Source: an uncultured delta proteobacterium
GTDB taxonomy: Bacteria > Desulfobacterota > Desulfobacteria > Desulfobacterales > Desulfatirhabdiaceae
Length of the DNA stretch: 64,000 bases
Assembly (NCBI GenBank): GCA_963789395.1
Contig: CAWBKP010000013.1
Span: 64,001-128,000, forward strand
Direction of reading: 5' to 3'
In this document: in pieces, positions 10,427-20,890 of the stretch
Layout of the letters: every line of letters starts with the position of its first letter
Numbering within the stretch: the first letter of the stretch is position 1
Made by a program: the position numbers and the translations under genes
Notes under the pieces: model-generated
Database searches by the model: none
What the model saw: only the letters and a program-made list of their open reading frames with translations
Told to the model about the DNA's origin: nothing

Positions 10427-11968
10427 ATGCTGAAAAAACTGATCATCAACGATATGGGCCACGAAACGCGGGTGGCCCTGATTGAAAACGGCACCATAGT
10501 CGAGCTGTTCATCGAAAGACGGGATCTCTCGGACATTGCCGGCAATATTTATAAAGGCAGGGTCCAGCGCGTTCTTCCGGGAATGCAGGCCGCTTTTGTG
10601 GACATCGGCCTCAGCCAGGCCGCGTTCATTTATGTGGATGATGTCGTCGGATATCAGGATACCGAGATCGAACAGTTCATGATTCGCAGCCAGGACGAAG
10701 AAGAGCTTTCAGATGAAATCAATGCCGTGTTCATCGACAGGCCCGCCTCCCATAAGGACCTTCATATCGAGGATCTGATTACGGAAGGCCAGGAAATCCT
10801 GGTGCATGTGGCCAAATCTCCCATGGGCACCAAAGGTGCCCGGGTGACGACCTATATTTCTTTGCCGGGCCGTTTTCTGGTAATGATGCCGTATTCGAAT
10901 CATATCGGCGTGTCCAGAAGGATTCTGGATGAGGCTGAGCGGACCCGGCTCAAAGAGATGGTGATGTCCTTGCGGGATGACGCCGTCGGCTACATTGTCC
11001 GGACAGCCAGTGAGGGCATTCAGCGGGAAAAGCTGGCGCCGGAAATGGTTTTTTTAAAGAATTTATGGGAAGCGATTCTGGCCAAATACAAAACAGCCCC
11101 CGCACCTTCACTGCTGCATAAAGAGCTGAATGTCAGCCTGCGGGCGGTACGGGATCTGCTGACCCACGAGGCGGATTCCCTTATCATCGATTCGCGTCCG
11201 GTGTATGAATCGGTTCTCTCCTTTCTGAATACCTTTATGCCGGGCCTGAAAGACTCGGTTGAACTCTATCAGGGCCAGGAACCCATTTTTGACGCCTACA
11301 ATCTGGAAGGCGACATTTCAAGGGCCCTGAAGCGAAAGGTCTGGCTGAAATCCGGCGGTTATGTCGTCATCGAGCAGACCGAAGCACTGGTTGCCATTGA
11401 CGTCAATACCGGCCGGTACGTGGGCAAACACAATCTTGAAGAGACCATTCTGAAAACCAACCTGGATGCCGTAAAGGAGATCGCCTATCAGATCAGGCTT
11501 CGGGATATCGGCGGCATCATCATCATCGATTTTATCGACATGGAAAAAAAATCCAATCAGGAAAAGGTTTATAATGCCCTGATCGAGGCGTTAAAAATCG
11601 ACCGGAGCAAAACCCATGTCCTGCCCATCTCGGAGATGGGGCTGATTCAAATGACCCGCAAGCGGATACGAAAGCCGTTGAACCGGTTGCTGTGCGAGCC
11701 CTGTTTTTACTGCGAGGGCGAAGGGTATCTCATGTCCCGCAAGACCATCTGCCATAACATTTTCAGGGAAATCCTCAGCGAACACCGCATGCTGGACGGT
11801 ATCAAGATCATGGTCAGGGTCAATCCGGAAATCGCGGAACTGCTTCACGGCGAAGAAAATCATCTGATCTGCCGCCTTGAAAAAATGATCGCCAAACAAA
11901 TCGTCATCTACCCCAATCCGCAGTTTCACCTGGAAGAGTTCGATATTCTGGACGTCTATAAGGAATAG
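10427..11968 (+). CDS. Rne/Rng family ribonuclease (RNase G-like length)
   Basis: GNIYKGRV..VLPGMQAAFVDIG, KGARVTT, IDVNTG, LRDIGGIIIIDFIDM, CFYCEGEG Zn-link. Confidence 0.95.
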   Translation: MLKKLIINDMGHETRVALIENGTIVELFIERRDLSDIAGNIYKGRVQRVLPGMQAAFVDIGLSQAAFIYVDDVVGYQDTEIEQFMIRSQDEEELSDEINAVFIDRPASHKDLHIEDLITEGQEILVHVAKSPMGTKGARVTTYISLPGRFLVMMPYSNHIGVSRRILDEAERTRLKEMVMSLRDDAVGYIVRTASEGIQREKLAPEMVFLKNLWEAILAKYKTAPAPSLLHKELNVSLRAVRDLLTHEADSLIIDSRPVYESVLSFLNTFMPGLKDSVELYQGQEPIFDAYNLEGDISRALKRKVWLKSGGYVVIEQTEALVAIDVNTGRYVGKHNLEETILKTNLDAVKEIAYQIRLRDIGGIIIIDFIDMEKKSNQEKVYNALIEALKIDRSKTHVLPISEMGLIQMTRKRIRKPLNRLLCEPCFYCEGEGYLMSRKTICHNIFREILSEHRMLDGIKIMVRVNPEIAELLHGEENHLICRLEKMIAKQIVIYPNPQFHLEEFDILDVYKE

Positions 11969-12006
11969 CGAAATATTGCGCTGACATCCTGAAAATGAAA
12001 CGTCCC

Positions 12007-12034
12007 CGTCATTCCGGCGCATGCCGGAATGACG
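12007..12034. repeat. REP-like palindrome / possible bidirectional terminator
   Basis: Perfect 12-bp stem cgtcattccggc-gcat-gccggaatgacg between convergent genes. The same stem core recurs at 48211-48241. Confidence 0.6.
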
Positions 12035-12092
12035 CTGTTTGTGTTTTTCATGTCCGGGAGCAATCCGTCTGATCATTAACGCTGCGAAGCCA

Positions 12093-12752
12093 TCAAGGCT
12101 GGATCAGGCCTGGCCGCATCACGGATTCCAGATGGCGCCGACAGGCTTCCGCATCTGTTTTCCCTGCAGTGCCGGCCAGATGAATCATTTCCCCGAAAGC
12201 GAGCCGCACTTCGGCAAACGGTTTGGGCAGCATGAACCGGTCCCAGCTGTTGAAGAACCAGGCCCTGTTTGCTGAAATCGAAACGGGAACGATCACGGCC
12301 CGGGCAGTCAGGGCCAGGGTTATCGTCCCCGGTTTGACAATCCCGGCCGGCCCCCGGGGACCATCCACGATGTGTCCGGCCATCCGCGAGCGTCTGAGTT
12401 CGCGGATCATTTGTTTGAGCGCTTTCAACCCCCCTTTTGAGGATGAGCCGCGAATGGGTTTCCAGCCATAGCGCCCGACGATGCCGGCCCCGATATCACC
12501 GTCATTACTCTGGCTGATCATCAGCGGCGGGGAAAGTTCTCGAAATTTCCGGATATATGCAAGCGTGGGGAAAACCTGCTGATGCCAGCAGCAGAACAAT
12601 ACGGAGCCGCCATTTTGCATGTAATTCCGCCAGGGCACTTCGTTGACGGTCGTGATTCGAAACGTCCGGCAATAGGCCCGGAGGATTCCATAAAAAATAT
12701 CCAGAAAAATATCCGATTTAATGATCCTGCTTGTATTGATCGCCAACGGCAT
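12093..12752 (-). CDS. DUF374 / lysophospholipid acyltransferase family protein
   Basis: WHQQ, ISQSNDGD, IRGSSSKGG, VDGPRGP, SWDRFMLPKPF. Start uncertain. Confidence 0.85.
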   Translation of the reverse strand: MPLAINTSRIIKSDIFLDIFYGILRAYCRTFRITTVNEVPWRNYMQNGGSVLFCCWHQQVFPTLAYIRKFRELSPPLMISQSNDGDIGAGIVGRYGWKPIRGSSSKGGLKALKQMIRELRRSRMAGHIVDGPRGPAGIVKPGTITLALTARAVIVPVSISANRAWFFNSWDRFMLPKPFAEVRLAFGEMIHLAGTAGKTDAEACRRHLESVMRPGLIQP

Positions 12753-12805
12753 CTCCTGTGCAAAACGACAAAGAATGATCAACCCGGCTCACCATTTCAG
12801 TCGAA

Positions 12806-13927
12806 TCAAGGCGAAGATTCCTGTGAGAGAGTGCTTTCATTGCCGGGGTTCAGTATGAGCCTGTCTCCGGGACGGATGGGCTGATTCATGCCAAGATTGT
12901 TCCACATCAAGAGGGACTGTACCGGAATATTAAAGCGCTCGGCTATCTCGGAAAGCGAATCGCCTTTTTTCACCACATACACGTTTTCGGGTCCAGCGGA
13001 TACCAGGGATGGCATCTGACCGGCAAGTCTTTCCTGAAAACCGGCAGCGGCCCCCCGGGGAACGGAAAGCGTCAAAACGCCTTTGGGAAGGGAATACCCC
13101 CGGATTTCCGGATTCAGGTCCCGAATGACCTTGTAACTTGTGCGGGCAGCCCGTGCAATGGAGAGCACCGGTGTTTTCTGGGACAAATTCAGTTGAACGC
13201 GGTCGCATTCCTCGGGCGGATACAGATCCTCCGGCATCAGTTTGAAACCGTATTTTCCCGGATTGGATAAAATCAGCTTAGCCGCAAGAATTCGAAAGAC
13301 ATACCGCTGGGTTTCCTGATAGAGGTATAGATCGTAAAAGTCGGCGGTATCCTGGAGAAGAATCTCTTTTTTGAGCCCCGCCTCGCCCATGTTATAGGCG
13401 GCGGCAGCCAGGGTCCAGGATCCGAAATCGCCATGGAGTTTATTCAGATAGGAAAGGGCCGAACGGGTGGAGGCAGCCATGTTCCGGCGCTCATCCAGCT
13501 CTTCCGAGATGGTCAGTCCATAGCGCTCGCCCGTATCCTTGATAAACTGCCAGTAGCCCATCGCTCCCTTGGGAGATCCGGCAAGTGCCCGCAGCGAGCT
13601 TTCCACCACGGGAATGTATTTGAGGTCATCCGGCAGGCCCTGTTCTTTTAATGCGGTTTGAATATAAGGCATATACCGGTTGGCCCGCTTGAGCCACATA
13701 ATGGTCTGATCCCGGTCCCAGAGCATCAGAAGAAGTTCGCGCTCCAGTCGCTCCCTGGCATCCATACTGTTCAGCGGTGCAGGCTCCCCGCAAAAATCAA
13801 GCGGCTCCTTGACGCGAAGACTGGATACCAGAGACGGAATGCACTCCATATCCGGGATGTCGGTGGTTTGCGCATAACCGCATGACCCCGCACACAAAAC
13901 GGATAACATTATCAATAACTGTATCAT
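12806..13927 (-). CDS. Lytic transglycosylase with LysM domain (MltD-like)
   Basis: VESS, GAMGYWQF, AAAAYNMGE, ETQRYV; C-terminal LysM YVVKKGDSLSEIAERF; N-terminal signal. Confidence 0.92.
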   Translation of the reverse strand: MIQLLIMLSVLCAGSCGYAQTTDIPDMECIPSLVSSLRVKEPLDFCGEPAPLNSMDARERLERELLLMLWDRDQTIMWLKRANRYMPYIQTALKEQGLPDDLKYIPVVESSLRALAGSPKGAMGYWQFIKDTGERYGLTISEELDERRNMAASTRSALSYLNKLHGDFGSWTLAAAAYNMGEAGLKKEILLQDTADFYDLYLYQETQRYVFRILAAKLILSNPGKYGFKLMPEDLYPPEECDRVQLNLSQKTPVLSIARAARTSYKVIRDLNPEIRGYSLPKGVLTLSVPRGAAAGFQERLAGQMPSLVSAGPENVYVVKKGDSLSEIAERFNIPVQSLLMWNNLGMNQPIRPGDRLILNPGNESTLSQESSP

Positions 13928-13954
13928 AATCCCCCATCACATGGTAAAATTATC

Positions 13955-14019
13955 GCAACTACTCAGGTATAGAGAATTCTGACTCCTGAATTCTGACTCC
14001 TGGATACTTGAGTAGTTAC
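13955..14019. mobile_element. Short copy of the same MITE-like/heptamer repeat family
   Basis: gcaactactcaggtat ... atacttgagtagttac inverted ends (14/16) enclosing gaattctgactcct x2. Confidence 0.6.
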
Positions 14020-14078
14020 AAATATTATAGAGACAAGTCCTTCAAATAACCCGCTTGCCCCATGATTTCGCCATCACA

Positions 14079-14789
14079 ATGAATAAAATCGAAAATGTAG
14101 ACGCCGTTGAAATATCCAGATTTGAATCCCAGTCCCATGAATGGTGGGACCGGCAGGGCGATTTCAAACCCCTTCATGACATCAATCCGGTTCGCCTTCG
14201 GTATATCAATGAACGCGCCGCCCTTTGCGGGAAATCGGTTCTGGATATCGGCTGCGGCGGCGGCATCCTATCCGAAGCCATGGCGGCGCTTGGCGCGACC
14301 GTAACCGGAATCGACCGCGGAGAGGCGCCCCTTCAAGCCGCCCGTCATCATCTTCTGGAAAGCGGACTTCGGGTGACGTATCTGCAAACTACCGCGGAAA
14401 CCATGGCAGCGACCAGCCCATCCTGCTTTGATGTCGTAACCTGCCTGGAAATGCTGGAGCATGTTCCCGATCCCCGTTCCGTCATCAGCGCCTGCAACGC
14501 CCTGGTCAAACCCGGAGGGGACGTGTTCTTTGCAACACTCAACCGAAATCCCAAATCCTTTTTGCTGGCAATTGCCGCAGCAGAATACCTGTTGCGGCTG
14601 ATTCCCAGAGGCACCCACACCTATGGCCGGTTTATCAAACCCTCCGAAATGACGCGCTGGATGCGGCAGGCAGGCCTGATTCCGCAAAATATCATGGGCA
14701 TGCACTACAATCCGCTGTTACGAACCTGTTCGCTGGGCGGAAACCGGGATATCAATTATCTCGTTCACGCAAAACGCCCCCTGGAATGA
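14079..14789 (+). CDS. ubiG: 3-demethylubiquinol/2-polyprenyl-6-hydroxyphenol O-methyltransferase
   Basis: NVDAVEISRF...WWD..GDFKPLHDINPVRLRYI, LDIGCGGGILSE, CLEMLEHVPDP, AEYLLRLIPRGTH, FIKPSE. Confidence 0.88.
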   Translation: MNKIENVDAVEISRFESQSHEWWDRQGDFKPLHDINPVRLRYINERAALCGKSVLDIGCGGGILSEAMAALGATVTGIDRGEAPLQAARHHLLESGLRVTYLQTTAETMAATSPSCFDVVTCLEMLEHVPDPRSVISACNALVKPGGDVFFATLNRNPKSFLLAIAAAEYLLRLIPRGTHTYGRFIKPSEMTRWMRQAGLIPQNIMGMHYNPLLRTCSLGGNRDINYLVHAKRPLE

Positions 14790-14793
14790 GAAC

Positions 14794-15450
14794 TCACATC
14801 AGGCGCAACAGCTCCTGGGGCTGCTGGATCAGGGCTTTTGCGCCGGACTCAAGAAGCTCGTCCCGGGACCGGAACCCCCATAACGCACCGACCGGAAACA
14901 TCCCGGCAGATACGGCGGTCTGCATGTCCGTGGCCGTGTCTCCCAGATAAAGCATGCGAACCGGATCCGCCCCCAGCAAGCCGGATATTTCCAGGGCGCC
15001 GGCCGGATCGGGTTTGCGGGGAACATCCTCCCTTAAGCCGAACACCGCATTGAACCGCCATTTGAAAAGCAGGTCCTGAACGCATTTTACCGTAAACAGA
15101 TGAGATTTATTGGACAAAATGGCCATATCGATCCCCAGGGCCGTCAGCCTGTCCAGCATTTCTGAAATCCCGTCATACAGCCTGGTTTTGACTTTCCAGC
15201 TCTTGTCGTAATCCGCCATAAACGCCGTCAGGCAATCGCGATGTACATCGGTGCCTCTGGCGGATTCCGGCAATGCCCGTTCAATGAGAACGGCCGATCC
15301 ATCCCCCACAAAATACCGATAGGCATCCATCGGATGCACCGGGAATCCGTGATCCGCCAGAACCCTGTTCACCGAATCCCCCAGATCCTCCAGGGTATCC
15401 AGAAGCGTGCCATCCAGGTCAAAGATAACTGCAGTAAATTTTTTCAAAAC
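14794..15450 (-). CDS. HAD family hydrolase (phosphoglycolate phosphatase-like)
   Basis: FDLDGTLLDT, LSNK, KPDP, YLGDTATDM. Confidence 0.9.
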   Translation of the reverse strand, partial: VLKKFTAVIFDLDGTLLDTLEDLGDSVNRVLADHGFPVHPMDAYRYFVGDGSAVLIERALPESARGTDVHRDCLTAFMADYDKSWKVKTRLYDGISEMLDRLTALGIDMAILSNKSHLFTVKCVQDLLFKWRFNAVFGLREDVPRKPDPAGALEISGLLGADPVRMLYLGDTATDMQTAVSAGMFPVGALWGFRSRDELLESGAKALIQQPQELLRLM

Positions 15451-15472
15451 ACCCGCCTTATAACATGCTCCG

Positions 15473-16654
15473 TTACACCAGTTTTCCAACAAGCAGTTCC
15501 AATTTCAACCCCCCGTGATAAACGGCATGAAACCGCCATTTCGGAGAAATGCCGCCAATAGCCGAGCGATCGGGAACCATCAGCGCAAATTTCCATCCCC
15601 GGTAATCGGTTGTCAACTTCCGCATCACGGCCTGAATCAGCAGCCTGCTTTCCCGGCGCGTTCCCATCCGTTTTCCATAGGGCGGGTTGATGACCACCAG
15701 ACCCGGCTCAAGCATCAACTCTTCCGGGTTCAGGTCCAAAAAATCCTTTTCCAGGACTTGAATTTGATCCAGCGCAGCATGGGACGCCGCAAGTTCGACC
15801 AGAGCATCGCACGCTTCCGGAGCGGTGTCAAATGCGACCACAGTGGGAAGCGGCCCGGAGATAAACCGCATTTCCGCCGTTTTTCGAATATGACGCCACT
15901 GAGCGGGCCGGAACCCCGGCCACCCCAAGAATGCAAAGTCACGGTTCCACCCCGGCGGAATGTTCCGGGCCATCAACGCCCCCTCTACGGCAAAGGTCCC
16001 GGAGCCGCACATGGGATTGACCAGCGGTTCATCCCCCGAATATCCCGCCAGCATCAAAATGGCCGCTGCCAGGGTTTCCCGGACCGGCGCTGTTCCCGCA
16101 ACCGTTTTAATGCCTCTTTTATAAAGCAAATCGCCGCTGCTGTCTATGGAAACGCTGAACCGGTCATCCACCCCGCGGATGAAAAGCCGCTGCTGCATGA
16201 CAGGCAAGTCCCGAGGTTGCGGATCACCGGCAAACCGGGACAAGCGGTTTCGGACACTTTCTGCAAAAACAGCGGACACCGCATCTTTATGATACAATCG
16301 GCAATGGTGGGTGGCAACACGGATCTGCGGCACGGCATCAGTCGGCAGATAAAGCTCCCAGGGAATTTCCGCTGTTTTTTTTGAAAGCCCCGTAAAATGG
16401 GAAGCAGATAGGGTTTCGATTCTCATCAGAATCCGTGTGGCTGTCCGCAGATACAGGTTGGCCAGATACCCGTCAACCAATTTTCCGCTGAACTCGACGC
16501 CTCCGGGGACCTCGGCCGTATCAGCGGCAAAGGATGGCAGCCGCAGCATCTCCATCCGGCACAGGCTTTCCAGTCCCGGAGGCGTGATGGCAAAAAAATC
16601 GTGCGTTCGGCCCGAGACATTTCGTTTGATGCGTTTTTCAAGAGAAGACGTCAA
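15473..16654 (-). CDS. THUMP-domain RNA methyltransferase (RlmL-like)
   Basis: DSSGDLLYKRG, APVRETLAAA, PMCGSGTF, NPPYG. Confidence 0.88.
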   Translation of the reverse strand: MTSSLEKRIKRNVSGRTHDFFAITPPGLESLCRMEMLRLPSFAADTAEVPGGVEFSGKLVDGYLANLYLRTATRILMRIETLSASHFTGLSKKTAEIPWELYLPTDAVPQIRVATHHCRLYHKDAVSAVFAESVRNRLSRFAGDPQPRDLPVMQQRLFIRGVDDRFSVSIDSSGDLLYKRGIKTVAGTAPVRETLAAAILMLAGYSGDEPLVNPMCGSGTFAVEGALMARNIPPGWNRDFAFLGWPGFRPAQWRHIRKTAEMRFISGPLPTVVAFDTAPEACDALVELAASHAALDQIQVLEKDFLDLNPEELMLEPGLVVINPPYGKRMGTRRESRLLIQAVMRKLTTDYRGWKFALMVPDRSAIGGISPKWRFHAVYHGGLKLELLVGKLV

Positions 16655-16975
16655 AATTGCAGTCCCGTTGGCGGTATTGATTTTAATAAAGGCTTGCTTA
16701 TATTATTAGGTTAAAAAATTCCGGCATCACTTCCGTGAGCGTCACGTGCCGGCTGATATTGGATCATAAAAAGCCTGACTCTTCAATTGGTTTCTTATGC
16801 GCACAGACGGTTTTCAGAACTTTCCCTTGACAATGCAGGGAGGTTTGATTAACAATTGTCATGAAGATTATCTATAACATTTATAATCAATTAGGCCGAA
16901 ATTGCCGGCATGACCATGCCGAATTCGGCCTTTTGTACGTTTGCAACCTGTTTTCCGTTTCACAAGGAGAAAAAC

Positions 16976-17914
16976 ATGATTCATGTTGAGAACCTCACCC
17001 GGTATTATGATGATTTCTGTGCGGTAAACGGAATCCATCTGGACATTCAAAAAGGAGAAATCCTGGGTTTGCTGGGGCCCAACGGGGCCGGCAAAACCAC
17101 GACCCTGAGGATGCTGACCGGATACATTCAGCCGACTGCCGGCCAGATCCGGGTCAAGGATTTAACCATTGGCCCGGATACACTTGAAATCAAAAAGCGG
17201 ATCGGATACCTTCCGGAATCCGCCCCCCTCTACCATGACATGATTGTCTATGATTATCTGAATTATATCGCGGCTATCCGGGAAATCGAAAATGACCGGA
17301 AACTGTCCCGGATTTACGAACTGGCGCAATTATGCGGCCTGAACACGGTCATGCACAAGACCATCGGAGAGCTGTCCAAGGGGTTTAAGCAGCGCGTGGG
17401 CCTTGCGCATGCACTGATGAACGACCCGGAGATACTGGTTCTGGATGAACCCACATCGGGTCTGGATCCCAACCAGATCGTGGAAATCCGGGAAATCATC
17501 CGAAAGATCGGCCGGGAAAAAACCATTATCCTGTCCACCCACATCCTCAGTGAAGCCGAAGCCACCTGCGATCGAATCGCCATCATCCATCAGGGGAAAA
17601 TCGTCGCCGACGGCAGCACCCAGGCCATCAAACAGTCGGCCGGCAAGGAGCGGATGATTTTTATTACGCTCGACAATGGGGATTTTGCAGCGGTTCAACA
17701 GCAATTGGGGGCTGTCAAGGGAATCGACCGGATCGAAAAAATAGCCGCATCCGATTCGAATTTACTCGAAATCCAGGTTACCGTCCGATCCGAGACGGAT
17801 ATCCGAAAAGACATATATCAGATCATCCGTCAGGCCGATTGGCTGCTTCTGGAATTCCGTCAGGAAACCCAGACGCTCGAACATATTTTCCGTGAACTTA
17901 CCCTGGAGAACTAA
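16976..17914 (+). CDS. ABC-2 type ATP-binding protein (GldA-like)
   Basis: GPNGAGKTT, LSKGFKQRVG, LDEPTSGLDPNQ; AAGGAG RBS. Confidence 0.92.
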   Translation: MIHVENLTRYYDDFCAVNGIHLDIQKGEILGLLGPNGAGKTTTLRMLTGYIQPTAGQIRVKDLTIGPDTLEIKKRIGYLPESAPLYHDMIVYDYLNYIAAIREIENDRKLSRIYELAQLCGLNTVMHKTIGELSKGFKQRVGLAHALMNDPEILVLDEPTSGLDPNQIVEIREIIRKIGREKTIILSTHILSEAEATCDRIAIIHQGKIVADGSTQAIKQSAGKERMIFITLDNGDFAAVQQQLGAVKGIDRIEKIAASDSNLLEIQVTVRSETDIRKDIYQIIRQADWLLLEFRQETQTLEHIFRELTLEN

Positions 17915-17916
17915 AC

Positions 17917-18621
17917 ATGAGCCCCGTCATCCATATCTTCAAGAGAGAATTCAGCGCTTACATGGTATCGCCGGTTGCCTACATCGTCATTTCCGTGTTT
18001 TTGATCATCACCGGCTGGTTTTTCTTCACACCGTTTTTTCTGCAGAACCAGGCCAGTCTCCGCAATTTTTTCTCCCTGTTGCCCCTGGTTTTCGCCTTTG
18101 TCGTGCCGGCAATCACCATGCGCCTGCTTTCAGAGGAGTTCAGCGTCGGCTCTTACGAAACCCTGCTGACGCTTCCGGTAACATTCAATGATATCGTTCT
18201 GGGAAAATTTCTGGCGGCAACGGGTTTTACAGCCGTCATGCTGGCGCCGACCCTGCTGTACCCGATCACGGTTTCGGTTCTGGGCTCCCTGGACTGGGGA
18301 CCGGTCCTGGGCGGGTATATTGGCGCATTGCTGCTGGGCGCCGCATTTTCAGCCATCGGTCTTCTGGCCTCATCCCTTACCCGGAACCAGATCATTGCCT
18401 TTATCGTGGGAATGGCCATCTGCTTCAGCCTGTGCCTGATCGACAAGATGCTCTTTTTTCTGCCCCAGTCTCTGCTGGGTTTCTTTGAATACCTGGGCGC
18501 GGATTTTCATTTTCAAAACATCGCCAAAGGCATTCTGGATACGCGGGATATCCTGTATTTCATCAGTGTCGGATTTATCGGACTCTACGGCGCCAATCTG
18601 GCCATACGGGAAAAATGTTAA
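17917..18621 (+). CDS. ABC-2 permease (GldF-like)
   Basis: REFSAYMVSPVAY, PAITMRLLSEE, SSLTRNQIIAF; about 6 TM segments. Confidence 0.9.
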   Translation: MSPVIHIFKREFSAYMVSPVAYIVISVFLIITGWFFFTPFFLQNQASLRNFFSLLPLVFAFVVPAITMRLLSEEFSVGSYETLLTLPVTFNDIVLGKFLAATGFTAVMLAPTLLYPITVSVLGSLDWGPVLGGYIGALLLGAAFSAIGLLASSLTRNQIIAFIVGMAICFSLCLIDKMLFFLPQSLLGFFEYLGADFHFQNIAKGILDTRDILYFISVGFIGLYGANLAIREKC

Positions 18622-18632
18622 GGAGCGGTATT

Positions 18633-20890
18633 ATGAAAAAACAGACGAATCGGACACAGCGATCCGGAAAATACATCAAATTTATCGCCTATGCTGCGGC
18701 ATTGATCCTTTTGAACATGGCCGGCATGACGCTTTTTGCGCGCATTGATCTGACCGGAAATCATATCTATTCACTTTCAAAAGCCAGCCGCGATGCGGTC
18801 AAAGCCCTTACCGAACCCTTGACCATTAACGTCTTTTTTACGCGGAATCTTCCGGCGCCATACAACAGCACCGAGCGGTATCTCCACGACCTTCTGGCCG
18901 AATATGCGGTATATGCCGGCAAAAATTTCAATTACCGCTTTTACGATGTCAGCCCGGATGACGGGGCGCCGCAGTCAGCCAAACTGGAGAACCAGAAGCT
19001 GGCGGAATCCTACGGCGTTCAGCCGGTTCAGATTCAGGCGGTTGAAAATGACGAGGTCAAATTTCAAAAAGCCTATATGGGACTGGTGCTGATTCACGGG
19101 GATCTGGTGGAGCGCATTCCGGCCATAACCAGCACCGACGGGCTTGAATATCAGATCACAACGGCGATCCAGAAACTCACCAACAAGGTCAGCGTGCTGC
19201 TGGGGCTCAAAGACAGTATCCAGGTGAAGCTCTACATGTCTTCATCGCTGGATGCGATCGCCCCTTACATGGGACTTAAAACCCTGCCCAAGCTCAATAC
19301 GGATATCGCCTCCCTGGTGAAAAAACTGAATCATCAGCTGTACGGTAAACTGTCCTATACGTTCCTGGATCCCACCCTGGATCCGAAGCTGGAAGCTGAT
19401 GTCGCGGCAAATCAGATCATGTCGATCAAATGGCCGGAGCTTTCCGACGGCAAAATTCCGGCCGGCCAGGGTGCTATCGGCCTGGTGGTTCAATACGGAG
19501 CCAAAACCGCCTCCATTCCGCTGCTGCAGGTCATTCAGATTCCCATCCTCGGCACCCAGTATCAGCTGGCGGAGATGAACGCCATAGAAGAGGCCATCAA
19601 TCAGCAGGTGGAAACCCTCATCGGCATCAATGAAACCATCGGGTATCTTGCGGATCACGGCACGCCCAACCTCTATGGCTCTCCGATGGGCCGCGGCCAG
19701 CAGGGCGCCCCGGAAGACGTTGACACGTTTCGCGGCCTGGTTTCCAAGACCTATTCATTCAAGGACATTCAGCTCAAGGACCCGTCGATTTCAGACGGAT
19801 TCAACTGCCTGATAATCGCCGGCCCCACAAAGCCTTTCAGCGATTATGATCTCTTCCAGATCGACCAGTATCTGATGAAGGGCAAAAACCTGGCCCTGTT
19901 TCTGGATGCCTTTAAGGAGGGCGGCTCTCAGCCAAACATGTTCAATGCCCAGGGCCCTCAAGAGGTTCCCCTGAATACCGGCCTGGAAAAACTTCTGGAG
20001 CATTACGGCATCAGCATCAAACCGGCGATGGTAATGGATGAGAACTGTTTCAAGCAGCAGGTGCCGCAGCAGTACGGCGGCGGCGAGCGGAACATCTATT
20101 TTGCGCCCCTGATCAAAAACGAGCAGATCAACAAGGATCTTCCCTTCATGGCACCGATCAAGGGGCTGGTCGCCTATAAAATGTCCCCCTTGATTGCGAA
20201 CAGCGACAAACTTGCTCAAAACGGGGTCAAGGCCAATCTGCTGTTCTCATCCTCCCCGAAATCCTGGGAAATGAAAGCGCCGTTGAACCTCAATCCCCTG
20301 TTCATTCAGCCGCCGGCCGCAAATGAAAAAATGGCCGCCGCAACCCCTGGCCTATATCCTGGAAGGGGAATTCCCCAGTTATTTTGCGGGAAAACCCATC
20401 CCCGAAAAGCCGCAACCGGATAAATCTCAACAAAACCCGGATGAATCCGCTGAACTGGAAACTCCGGAGAAAAAACCGGCCCCGGAACACCTGCCGCTCC
20501 TGCTGACGCTCAAAATCCGCCGACCTTTCAAAAATCGAAGGCGGCGGCAAAGTGATCGCCAAGGGAAAACCCGGAAAGATTTTTCTGATGGCATCCTCTG
20601 AAATGCTGAAAGACAACATCCTGGATGAGGCCGGCCGCAGCCCCAATGCCGTCTTTATCCTGAATGTTCTGGATTATCTCAACAACCATCAGGACATTGC
20701 CATGATGCGCAGCAAGGAACAGCGATTCAATCCGCTGGCGGATCTTTCGCCGATGGCAAAAACCGGCATCAAGTCCCTGAATATTGCCGGGCTTCCGGTC
20801 CTGGTTGTCCTTGCGGGTCTGGTCGTATGGCTTCGCCGCAAATCCCGCAGACGGCAAATTCAACTGTTGTTTCAAAAGCAGGAAGGTTGA
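18633..20890 (+). CDS. GldG family ABC auxiliary component (two frameshifts at ~20340-20550)
   Basis: RIDLTGNHIYSLS, LEYQITTAIQKL, IDQYLMKG, C-terminal TM; split across ORFs 18615, 20323 and 20552. Confidence 0.88.
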
